A stretch of 63,967 nt of DNA, counting the filler, from Collodictyon triciliatum (taxonomy: Eukaryota): NCBI GenBank assembly GCA_043381765.1. It is 10 parts of 10 records of this genome, joined end to end, with 100 filler letters (N's around TTAATTAATTAA, not from the genome) between each part and the next. Parts side by side here need not be neighbours in the genome. Positions count along the whole stretch, not along the records: positions 7,221 to 14,338 come from JBHJMP010004050.1; positions 14,439 to 24,440 come from JBHJMP010004051.1; positions 24,541 to 31,657 come from JBHJMP010004052.1; 7 more parts are not named here. One strand, given 5' to 3'. This document shows positions 13,834 through 24,557 of this stretch, one piece after another. The translations under genes were made by a program, and so were the position numbers. Each line of letters begins with the position of its first letter. Position 1 is the stretch's first letter. The notes under the pieces were generated by a model. The model was not told where the DNA came from. It searched no databases and saw only the letters and a program-made list of their open reading frames with translations.

Positions 13834-13942
13834 ATGGACTCGACAAGTGAAAAGAATGACGCTGAAGCGCAAAGATCAAACACTTCTGACATGTTTGTTG
13901 TGGGGACGAAGCTACTGTGCCGGTGGCGTGACGGGCGATTAT
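13834..13942 (+). CDS. First exon of a probable MYST-family acetyltransferase (Tudor-knot/chromobarrel N-terminus), truncated
   Basis: MDSTSEKND..FVVGTKLLCRWRDGRL followed by a GTAAG donor; VGxxxxCRWRDG is typical of Esa1/MOF Tudor-knot domains. Confidence 0.55.
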
Positions 13943-15067
13943 GTAAGGCTGCTTTGCAACCCCACTTTTGCTTGCTTCTCGACCCTTTCTCTGCTGCTCT
14001 TGGCCTCGGCCTCTTTTAACCTTTTCTTTTCTTCTTTTTGACATGTTCTTTATTTTTGATATTTATTTCTGTTTATTAATGAGTCTTTTTCATCGCTGCT
14101 TTTTTATTCCCTCCTGCGTTATAAATATTTTTTTGGGTCGGATATAACACCGCCATAAAATGCTCTCGTGTTATCAACGCAGTGCGCATTTTGATGTAAT
14201 TCAGCATTTACAATGATAATGATAATAATGATAATAATAATAATAATAACTATAATAATAACTATAATAATAACTATAATAATAACTATAATAATAACTA
14301 TACACTTTGAATCGAATAAAGGAAAAAAAAACTATAATNNNNNNNNNNNNNNNNNNNNNNNNNNNNNNNNNNNNNNNNNNNNTTAATTAATTAANNNNNN
14401 NNNNNNNNNNNNNNNNNNNNNNNNNNNNNNNNNNNNNNCTTTGACTTCTCGCCACCAAAGACATACTCGTATGTGATGATTGGGTACTATGTGAGCATCA
14501 CGCTGTGCAACATCATGATGGAGGCCGGGGTCTTTTCATTCCCAAGCCTCAAGTTCAGCACATAGTTATGGAAGGGAGCATCGTGGAGAATAGTGGATGG
14601 GTGATGAGGACTGCATCAAATGATTGGTGGCGCCCGTCACTTCCCGTGAAAAAAAAGAAAAAGAAAAAGAAAAAAAATACAAGAACCAACCAAGATAGAA
14701 AGCAAAAGAACTCGCTTCATCCACAGCTTCGAAACAATAAACAAACAAACAAACAAACAAACAAACAAACAAAAAAAAACGATGAAGATAACGAATAAAT
14801 ATCCAAACAATTCATTAAATAAATGGAGCGAAAAGTCATACAATCCAAATCATACATGAAACGCGCTTCACAAATCATCCATAAGGAAAACAATCGCAAA
14901 AAAAATAAAATAAAATCAAAAAAGCAGTAAAATAATAAAATAAAAGCATGATTGAATGAAAAACAGAAAGAGAAAAAAAAACTCTGATTCTCTACAAGCA
15001 ACCTCCAAACAACGACAGAGTACTCCTTCTTACACACTCTTTTCTTTTACCTGTTTCGCCTTGCAAG

Positions 15068-17828
15068 ATGCTTCAAAACACTCTTTGCTGGGGTTTGTGG
15101 GGAGTAGCACAGACCACATCCCAGGTTTGCCGCCGGCGACTACCTGCTTTGCTTGGCCTGCAAAAGCTGTTTTCAACAAAGGCTGCAGCCCACTACGCAA
15201 AGGACCCGACTTTGCCCGCTTCAGGCAGCCCTGTTTCTCTCGGCCAACAAGTCATCCAAGATGCCGAACGGGTGTTGAAAAACAAAACGCGCTGGGCGAA
15301 AGGCTTGACTCCGACAAGACAGGACGCAACTGCAGCGCAAAAGGCCGGAATCCGCCCGCAAGGAAAGACTCTGCTTCCGAAAGCCGGTCGCACCAGCGCT
15401 GTGTCCGCTGATAGAGCCAAGAAAGACAAGGCATTGTCTCAAAACAAAACGGAGTCTGCCGCCTTGAAAGACGGTGATGCGGGCGAGCAGAAGCGTTTGG
15501 ACGCTGGTAAAAATGCATACAAGACACTTCGGAATCACGAGTGGTATGGGCTTCGCTTGCAGATGTTGCAGGATGCTAATGAGCCTTTGGAGGCTCTGAG
15601 TGTCCTGGAAAGCATGAACCTGGTCGATAGAGTGCGCCCAACACCGTTCCATTATTCGGTGGTGATGAGCGCCTTGGCGAAGGCAGGGCATTTCAACAAG
15701 TGTTTTTCCCTCTACAATGATATGAAGAAGAGAAATATGGAGATTAGTGATAGAACGTACGTGTCGATGCTAAATGCATGCGCCACTTGCGAAACAGTGA
15801 GGATTTTCTTTTTTCTTTTAATCTTTGGTCAGGAGTGTGCAGCTATTTGTCTGTTTTCATATCTATTTTTATTGAATAATTTTTTTTATTATTATTGTTT
15901 ATAATAAATCAATCAGAGAGTTAATACTTATGCCTTTATATATGGATTAACATTTCATAGAAACAAGTCATACATGCAAGGAACATTGTTGATGACGTAA
16001 AAAAGAATAATGGCTATATTAGCCCTGCAATACTCGGGGCTGCATTAAAGGTAGTATTTTTCTAGCAAAGATTCAGTTGTTTCGATGTAGTATATCTTGA
16101 TCGCAATTTTTTTGACGCAATTCAAACAATTTTGATATCATGAATAAGTGAATCTAATCCTTTTTTCCTAGGTTTTTATTGAAAGTGATTTACCACACGA
16201 AGCCGTCAATATATTCAAAGAAAACAAATCTGTCGAAGTAATCAAGGTCTCGCTCTCTAAATCAATCGCAACATATCACAATTTTTTCAGGGAATCAATT
16301 ATTTATTCTTCATTTCATAAAAAAAAAGCATGATGAGACATCGCAAAATTTAACTCTAATTTATGCACAGACTGTTATACAAAAAGCACGCAAATACAAA
16401 GGAAATAACACTGGGCAGCCAATGAAGAATATTCAAACAATTACGAAACTTTACACAATCGCCATGATGGCGTTTACAAAAACATGCGAGCCGGAGCAAA
16501 TCAAGTATACCTATGATTAATACTTATCCTAGTATGTTAACAATTACTCGGAACAAAAAAGAACAAAAAAGAACAGAATCACAATAAACTGGACCAAAAT
16601 ATATTATTATAATATATATTATATCTACTATCCTATCTTTTTGTAAGTTCTTACCTTTTTTTAGGCATTTATTTGAAGAATACCGATCGCTTAAACTGCA
16701 ACCAGATGAGTACATGTACAATAATTTGATTATGGGTCTGTCTCCCACGAATGATGACATGGGGAAGGTTTTGATTGCGGAAAAAAAAGAAACTAATATC
16801 AATATTTTAATATGGTTTAGATAAAAAAAAATTTTAAAAAATAGAAGAGAATAATAGACTAGCTAATACCTCAATATCCATGGTTCCATTTAGTATGTGC
16901 AAATGATGAAGATGGACAATATTTTACCCACCCCCAGAACCGGAATGAGTTTAATGATTGCGCACCGAAACGTGATTATATCCACCATTTGTCATTTGTC
17001 GTTTTCATTCCCATTACTGCTGTCGTTGTCATTGTCGATTTCGAAAGTAAAAGGATTTTGTCTCCATTCTGAATCGATAATATTATGCCAGGCAAACCAA
17101 ATCGACTACATTGGTAGAACTTTTGTTAAGGACTTGAAGAAGATGGGGGTTGCCTTTGATGTTGGGCTCTATGAAGCAATTGCCAGCGAATATGCGCGTA
17201 ACAGTCGCAAGCCGGAACTGGCAGCCGCAAAGACCATATTGAAACAGATGCAAGATGATGGTATCAAACCTTCACTTCGTGTCTATACGGTAAAAAAATA
17301 AAATACATATAGTCATAGCAAGGATGATATATCTATCAAACTCTATCAAAACAATCCATAAAAAATATTAAAATTTTATAGGCTTTTACACATTTAGCAA
17401 TCCGACTTCGGAATAAAATAGAAGCATGTCGGTACTTTGAGCAATTGCAACACATCGGAACCGCGGATAAATCAATCTACCTTGGAATATTAAAGCTGCT
17501 TCGGACAGCAAACGGGTCAATTGAAAGTGGGCCATTGTGTAAATATGCTGTTCAGGCTCTTTCAAAGTTGGATGCGTTGGGTCACTGGTCTGAGGAGATG
17601 AATGTTGTTGTCCCAGGAAAAGGTCGATGGGCGCCCCCCGCAAAAAGAAAAGAGTCGCTCCCGGAACTTGCATCAGACCTTCGTGATGTCTTGGAGGCCC
17701 CAAACAAAACCGATAAGCGCTCTGAATCTTCCAAGATGAGCATGCAAGACTTGAAAGAGCAGCTCCCAGAAATGCAATGGCTGTTTTCGTCGTCGAAAGA
17801 TACAAAAAAAGGAAACGTTAATACTTAA
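15068..17828 (+). CDS. Pentatricopeptide-repeat protein, probably mitochondrial, multi-exon
   Basis: PPR motifs (VRPTPFHYSVVMSALAKAGHFNKCFSLYNDMKKRNMEISDRTYVSMLNACA; LQPDEYMYNNLI; ILKQMQDDGIKPSLRVYT); basic N-terminus resembles a transit peptide. Confidence 0.8.
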
Positions 17829-18502
17829 TAAATAATCGCAATCACCACGAGTCAACTAGAGGCGCTTGAAATATATATACATGGTTTAATATGATATAAT
17901 TTGAGAAGTTTATTTTGTTTTCAGCATATGTGCTTGATTTACCGAAGGATTCTGGCAGGAAAGTTTATGCAAAGTCGTAAAAAAAAGAAAAAGAAAAAAA
18001 AAGGGAATTCAAAAGAGAGCGGTAGAATGAAAGAAAGTAGGGGTTGGTGATTGTTATGATATCTATTGTCACACCAGATAGGATTCCTCATATCCATCGA
18101 AAAGCAAATCTCTTTGTAACAAAGAAAAGTATTAACGCTCTCCAAATCGCGGTATAGAAAAAAACCTGATGCGATGTATAATCATAACTTTAACCAGAAA
18201 AAACCCGTGAATAATGGCTGAATAGCGAGTTGCTTCAGAAATGGTCGACAACCAAAATCATATCAATATCGCGGAATGATGTGTTGTCTAGGAAATGAAT
18301 TAACTGTATGAGCAGAACTCTTGTGAATTGTAAATGACCCTTGACGATTTTCGATTTGGGGCTTCGGTATGTGCGCATTCATTCTGACTCTATTCATACT
18401 GCTGTATATCATTCTCAACTTGATGTTCTTCTTATATATAGTTTCCATAATGTTCATCGTACTGGGGTATCAAGAACCGATTGAAGTATTTTTTCAACAG
18501 GT

Positions 18503-19354
18503 CTACAGTATCAAACAGGACGCCTTCTTCTTTTCTCTTGGATTCAACACTGCTCGGATACAGATATCAAAGACGTGCTTGATATTGCTAGACTTCGAAG
18601 CAGATGTCTCGACGTATGTGAGAGCTCCAATTTGTTTTGCTAGATCTTGTCCCTACGTTTTGAATTAATGAGGTGATGAGGATAAACCCTTAAGAAACCT
18701 CAAAAATTCAAAAGAATGAGATTCTAGTGCCTTGATATTGCATCGATAAAATAAGTAAAATTATATGAGCCGTCTGACCAAGTAGCATCAGAGTATGGTT
18801 GGTGGTGAAATAGAACCTCCAGTATATGATTCATTTGCAAGTACCATACCTCATTAGATAGAATAGTTCCCCGACTCATGCTGGAAGAGAGCATTTCATC
18901 TCTTAGGTCGGATTTTGTACCAACGAGGACTATCGGTGTTCGTGGCATGTGATGTCGAAGCTCAGGTATCCACTGTTGAGTGATGAGAAGATTGTCAATA
19001 ATGCTTCGAATTTCTCTTTCATTGCAATAAGGCAAACAAAAGTGAAATGCTTGATTAGAAAATTACCATATTCTTGATGTTTTCGAAGGATGAGCGACAT
19101 GTGAGTGAAAAACACAAGACAAAACAATCTGTCGATGGATAGCTCAGTGGACGAAGTCTTGAATAATCCTCTTGGCCCGCTGTGTCCCAAAGAGACAAGT
19201 GTACTATCTGACCATCGACCATGACATTTGAAGAGTAGTTGTCGAAAATTGTGGGAATGTGGTCTCCACAGAAAGTGTTATTGCAGTAGGACATCAGCAG
19301 AGAAGTTTTCCCGACAGCACCATCTCCAACCGCCACAAACTTCATATTTTTCAT
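18503..19354 (-). CDS. Rho-family (Rac-like) small GTPase, 3 exons, CAAX end
   Basis: GDGAVGKT P-loop, PTIFDNY effector loop, [24 protein letters not shown]-terminus KKKASCLIL* (TAG 18503-18505). Confidence 0.95.
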
Positions 19355-20077
19355 GACTGCTGGCTGGTTAAACACGTGGACGTCCTTCTTGGGGATGATT
19401 CTCGTTGAATAGCAGGTTATACTTTCAGAGGTAATATCGGTTGGCGTTCTCGTCTCTACTGCAGCCGAATCGTGTGTCTTGAATGTGGTTGTGATTAACG
19501 CCAGCGCACAGGGAAATAAAATACCGCCCTTATATCGCCCGCCCTCACGCCCAAACCGGAAATCTTTCGCTCCTTGCACCCTCGAATCCTTCCGAGAACA
19601 TTTCCGGGAAGTTGATCCGAATCTATATAAATATTATATTAGTATATTATGCATTTTATATTTATTGATAAGAGTCTAAATTGATAATACTAATCAGATT
19701 TATATATAGTTTCCAGAAGTAAATTTTATTTTCGGAAATTATAATATACATGTATTTTAGCTTGTAATTAACTCAAATTTTCAATTAAATACCTTGAATA
19801 GAGATAAAAATATTCAATATGTTATAGCATATAGTTACGGACTTTCCGTCCACAGCGTCATCCTATGTTTTGGAACATTTATAGTCCAGCCTCTATACCA
19901 AGGCCGCAGCATCCTTTTTCGGGTTGGAATCGCTCTTGCTTCTACTTCCAAAAGAACAAAAGAGAACAAAAGAGAACAAAAGAGAAAAGGACGAAAGCAA
20001 GTTAAGTTGATCACAAATCGCTCAAACACAACCCCACACTTCATCCAAGCCACAATCCGCCGCAACTCCCCAGAGCC

Positions 20078-21136
20078 ATGGACACAGCGCGCCAGAAGGC
20101 CACTGGCAAAATCTTCAAGCACATAGTGGACATGATGGCAGCCCAAACAGTCTCTACTTTTGCACAAGTCGGTGTTCCTGATGTCCTCAAGGACACAGCA
20201 TTGACAGCAGCCGGCGTTGCAGGGGCCATAGGAACAAACACAGACGCCACACGCAGGCTTCTTCGAGCTGTCTGTGCCTTGGGCTATGTGCACGAAGACA
20301 GCCAAGGAAAAGAAGCATACGCTGAACTCTATAGCCTGACAGACGAGGGCCAGTATCTGAGAAGCGACATCGAGGGAAGCCTTCGGGCGAGCATCATTTC
20401 CGAGACCGACTATCCTCATCGTCTGGGATGGAGCCTGCTGAAGGAGTGTGTGAAAGAAGGGGATTGCTGCCTCAGCCAGAAGCTTGGTATGGATGTGTGG
20501 GAGTACTACAAGGAAAATACAGCTGATGGTGCCATGTTTGCCATCCATATGTCAGGCCTGACGAAGATGTCCGTGGCTGCAATCACGGCCGCCTACAACT
20601 TTGAAGGTGCCTCTGCAAAGATTGAAACGATCGTTGATGTGGGTGGCTCTGAGGGCGCACTTCTTGCGGGGTTTCTTGTCCGATTTCCTGAGGCTCGCGG
20701 TGTCGTCTTTGATTTGCCAGAGGTTGCTGACCGCACAGCGCAGGGTATCCCGTCCCAGTTTGCTGGCCGCATGACAGCTCAAGGTGGGGATTTCTTCCAG
20801 GCTGTCCCCGAGGGAGATGCCTTTCTTCTCAAGTTTATTCTGCATGACTGGGGGAACGATGCGTGTATCTCCATTCTGAAGAACATCGCGAAGGCTATGC
20901 GCCCTGGAGCAGTTCTTGCCATCGCAGAGTCCTACCTGAGCGAAAATCCAGCCTCTGCTCAAGACCCAATGCCGTTTTGCATGGATATCAACATGCTTGC
21001 AATGTGTCGTGGTGGGCGCGAAAGAACCACCAAAGAATACCAGCAACTCCTGTCCTCTGCGGGGTTGAAACTCCTTCGAACAGTGACCACTGCGTCCCAC
21101 TTTTATGTTTTGGAGGCGGTCAAGGAGTCTCCATAA
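20078..21136 (+). CDS. SAM-dependent O-methyltransferase (Methyltransf_2 / COMT-like), intronless
   Basis: 352 aa; dimerisation N-terminus (RRLLRAVCALG..YSLT..G..L), IVDVGGSEG, FDLPEV, GGDFF..VP.GDAFLLKFILHDW, GGRERT. Confidence 0.92.
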   Translation: MDTARQKATGKIFKHIVDMMAAQTVSTFAQVGVPDVLKDTALTAAGVAGAIGTNTDATRRLLRAVCALGYVHEDSQGKEAYAELYSLTDEGQYLRSDIEGSLRASIISETDYPHRLGWSLLKECVKEGDCCLSQKLGMDVWEYYKENTADGAMFAIHMSGLTKMSVAAITAAYNFEGASAKIETIVDVGGSEGALLAGFLVRFPEARGVVFDLPEVADRTAQGIPSQFAGRMTAQGGDFFQAVPEGDAFLLKFILHDWGNDACISILKNIAKAMRPGAVLAIAESYLSENPASAQDPMPFCMDINMLAMCRGGRERTTKEYQQLLSSAGLKLLRTVTTASHFYVLEAVKESP

Positions 21137-21239
21137 GCAAACAGAATAAAGAAAATGAACTCCGCGTGGTGGCATGGAGAATTCTTCAAAATAATGGGGA
21201 TGGCCTGCCCTATTCAACTTAGTTAAAGTATACCCTTGG

Positions 21240-21553
21240 CTTTTTTTTATTCTTCCTTTCAATTTTGTGCGGGATGGTGAAGTTCTTCAGCTCTGGTTCA
21301 CTAGCTATCGCTTATTTGGACGCTACATGATGGCCGGGTGGCGGAGAAGCAGTCGGTAATCAGGAATTGCATCCTGCACTTTGGCCTGTAGCCTGGGTCT
21401 TCTGCTTGCATGAGAGATACAAGGCGAGGTTTATAATCTTGCTCAGCCTGTTTCCACATGTCTCTTCTCACGGGGTCGGAGTAGTAGAGAACGTGCAGGT
21501 GGCGAAGAAAGCTATTGAGGAAAGAGATTTGTATGATGTCATTCAGCCTATTA
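21240..21553 (-). mobile_element. 3' end of a non-LTR retrotransposon (same family as 54543-55388), running into an N gap
   Basis: Minus-strand peptide RLNDIIQISFLNSFLRHLHVLYYSDPVRRDMW..FLITDCF aligns with RLESLVQYSFLNSLLKHARILRYSDRKRREMW..LAITDFF at the end of ORF 54543..55289; an A-rich tail follows. Confidence 0.65.
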
Positions 21554-22267
21554 NNNNNNNNNNNNNNNNNNNNNNNNNNNNNNNNNNNNNNNNNNNNNNN
21601 NNNNNNNNNNNNNNNNNNNNNNNNNNNNNNNNNNNNNNNNNNNNNNNNNNNNNNNNNNNNNNNNNNNNNNNNNNNNNNNNNNNNNNNNNNNNNNNNNNNN
21701 NNNNNNNNNNNNNNNNNNNNNNNNNNNNNNNNNNNNNNNNNNNNNNNNNNNNNNNNNNNNNNNNNNNNNNNNNNNNNNNNNNNNNNNNNNNNNNNNNNNN
21801 NNNNNNNNNNNNNNNNNNNNNNNNNNNNNNNNNNNNNNNNNNNNNNNNNNNNNNNNNNNNNNNNNNNNNNNNNNNNNNNNNNNNNNNNNNNNNNNNNNNN
21901 NNNNNNNNNNNNNNNNNNNNNNNNNNNNNNNNNNNNNNNNNNNNNNNNNNNNNNNNNNNNNNNNNNNNNNNNNNNNNNNNNNNNNNNNNNNNNNNNNNNN
22001 NNNNNNNNNNNNNNNNNNNNNNNNNNNNNNNNNNNNNNNNNNNNNNNNNNNNNNNNNNNNNNNNNNNNNNNNNNNNNNNNNNNNNNNNNNNNNNNNNNNN
22101 NNNNNNNNNNNNNAAAAAAACACAAAAAAAAAACACAATAAAAAAACACAATAAAAAAACACAATAAAAAAACACAATAAAAAAACACAATAAAAAACAA
22201 AATAAAAAAACACAATAAAAAACACATAAAACTCAATTTTAATCCCTTATTTCCTCGAAGGGTGAAT

Positions 22268-24259
22268 ATGGAGAGCGGCACTGAGGATTCCTTTTCCATA
22301 CCAACAGCCATTCCAAGCCAGGCTGTGAAGCATCTTATTTCAGCCGTTCCTCATTTAGTTCTCACAAGGTTTCAGAAGAACCCGTTCTCTCCAAAACCCC
22401 TTGAAGCCGTTGCCGTGCACGCTTGTGTCCTTTTTGTCGATCTTTCGGGGTATGATACTCTAACCTTTCCACTGATTATAAACCGGGTTATATATATCGA
22501 ATATAAAGCAGTTTGGCTCTGCTCTGGATTTGATGCCTAGATTTTTTCGTTTTTTTTATTTTTCTCACGAACTCGAAGGAAGAGATAAGTTTTTCGTAAT
22601 TTATGTACCTTATCTGATATGGACATCAACTATCAACAGATTTACTAGCCTCGCAGAGAGCTTATCAAAAAAAGGAACGCAAGGGGTCGAGGAGCTGATA
22701 TTACATCTAAATTCATATTTCGATAAAATTATCGAAATATCGATACGTTACGGAGGTTCATTTTTCGTCAATTAAAAAGCAGATTTTGTTTAAATCATTC
22801 CTATTGTATTTTTTTATAAACAACATAATATATCAGAAGCGGATTCATAGAAAATGAAAGAATTTACGGCTCCCTGAGAAAATCACCTCATACTAATTGT
22901 ACAATTCCACTTCAATAGGTGATATAGTTAGATTTGCTGGTGATGCATTGCTAATGATATGGATTGACGAAAAAGAGTACGCTTATCCATATCATCACAT
23001 TAATTTTTCAATATTCCCATCATTTCCTGTTCACAAAAATTGTAAAAATAAAAACTGGCAGATACGACCAAAAAATATCCAATCTGGACTCAAGAGATGA
23101 TAAACTTTGGGAAGAGTATGAATATAAAAGATCAACTATTGAGCAAGGAAAGCAGCTTCAAAGGCTTACGCACATAGGAGTTGAATGTGCCTTGGAATTA
23201 CAATCTAAATTGAATGGATATCAGGTTGCTGATGGGCGTATGCTCCATCTCCACACTGGCGTTGGTAGTGGCAAAATTCAGATTGTGCACATTGGAGGAT
23301 ACCAAAATCAAATCGAGTTACTTGTGGTGGGGGACCCCATTACACAAACCGCGGATGCCTTACATTATGCAGAAAAGGGTGAAGTTGTTCTATCTCCATT
23401 GAGCCATATGTTTATTAGAGATATTTGTACTGGAGACCTGCTTCCAAATGACTTTTACAGAGCAAAAGAAATCCAGTTCAAGATTCCCACAGTTCCTCAA
23501 AACTATGATTTTCCGCTGGATTTGTGCCATCTTTTGTATCCGTATGTCAACCAGTCGGTAAGGCTTTCAATAGGCTTATTCGATGGAAAATTGCTTGAAG
23601 ATACGTGAAATCATATTTTTGGAGCCTTTTTTGTCTTAAAAAAAAAGTGAATTTCCATTTACTAGGTCTTCTCTAGATTCCAAGCTCATTATTCCACCAA
23701 CATGCTTAATGAAATAAGAAAAGTATCAATTATGTTTGTAAAGATACAAACGTTGACTTTTCTGGACCAAAAATCAGCTGAGCAGGCTCAAAAATTTTTC
23801 TTCCAAGCACAAAAGATTATTCGCCGAGAGAACGGATTTATTCGGCAGTTCATGATGGTTTTACTTTATTTTTTAATAAATTTTTCCGCCTTTTTTTAAC
23901 TATTATATTAGTATACCACAGCTTGAAATAAACCTCCATTTTTTGATTGTATTACATATATAACAATAGGATGACAAAGGATGCGTTATGATTGCTTGTT
24001 TTGGGCTCCCTCCGACCTCCCAATACGATGACCCATTCCGGTGTGTCTCATGTACGAAATCTTTGTCTTATTTATATCGACTAATGAAAGATTAATATCC
24101 ACCGTTGCATCTTATGAAAATTTTCTTCTTTTACTATAGCTGCGTGTGAGATAAGACAGTCTGCTTCTGCTTTGAAATTAAAATGCTCGATCGGTGTTAC
24201 CTCGGGAACTATATTCTGTGGAGTTGTTGGAAACCGAAGTCGTTGGGAATATGCACTAG
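22268..24259 (+). CDS. Soluble adenylyl/guanylyl cyclase of ADCY10 (sAC/sGC) type, 5' part with both cyclase domains
   Basis: Domain 1: VLFVDLSG/FTSLAESLSKKGTQGVEELILHLNSYF..GG/DIVRFAGDALL. Domain 2: NEIRKVSIMFV..RQFMM/DDKGCVMIACFGLPP..SIGVTSGTIFCGVVGNRSRWEYAL. Truncated at contig end. Confidence 0.88.
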
Positions 24260-24341
24260 GTAAAAAACTGTCAATATTTCTTCAGAGATTGATAAAACTA
24301 CTCAAAGTTTAATTGCCTTATTTTTGTCTTTATACTATGAC

Positions 24342-24383
<42 letters not shown>

Positions 24384-24557
24384 CATTATCATTATCATTA
24401 TCATTATCATTATCATTATCATTATCATTATCATTATCATNNNNNNNNNNNNNNNNNNNNNNNNNNNNNNNNNNNNNNNNNNNNTTAATTAATTAANNNN
24501 NNNNNNNNNNNNNNNNNNNNNNNNNNNNNNNNNNNNNNNNAATTTATTTTTTTCAAT

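Noticed and set aside
19835-21262. Antisense ORFs of 237 and 236 aa
   Set aside because: Shadows of the O-methyltransferase on the opposite strand; no recognisable motifs.
21367-22225. Long ORFs of 200-336 aa
   Set aside because: Open only because they run through a 560-nt N gap; only the 21301-21553 LINE fragment is supported.
22114-22230. Tandem AAAAAACACAAT units as a CRISPR-like or telomeric array
   Set aside because: No unique spacers; a simple A-rich minisatellite at a gap edge.
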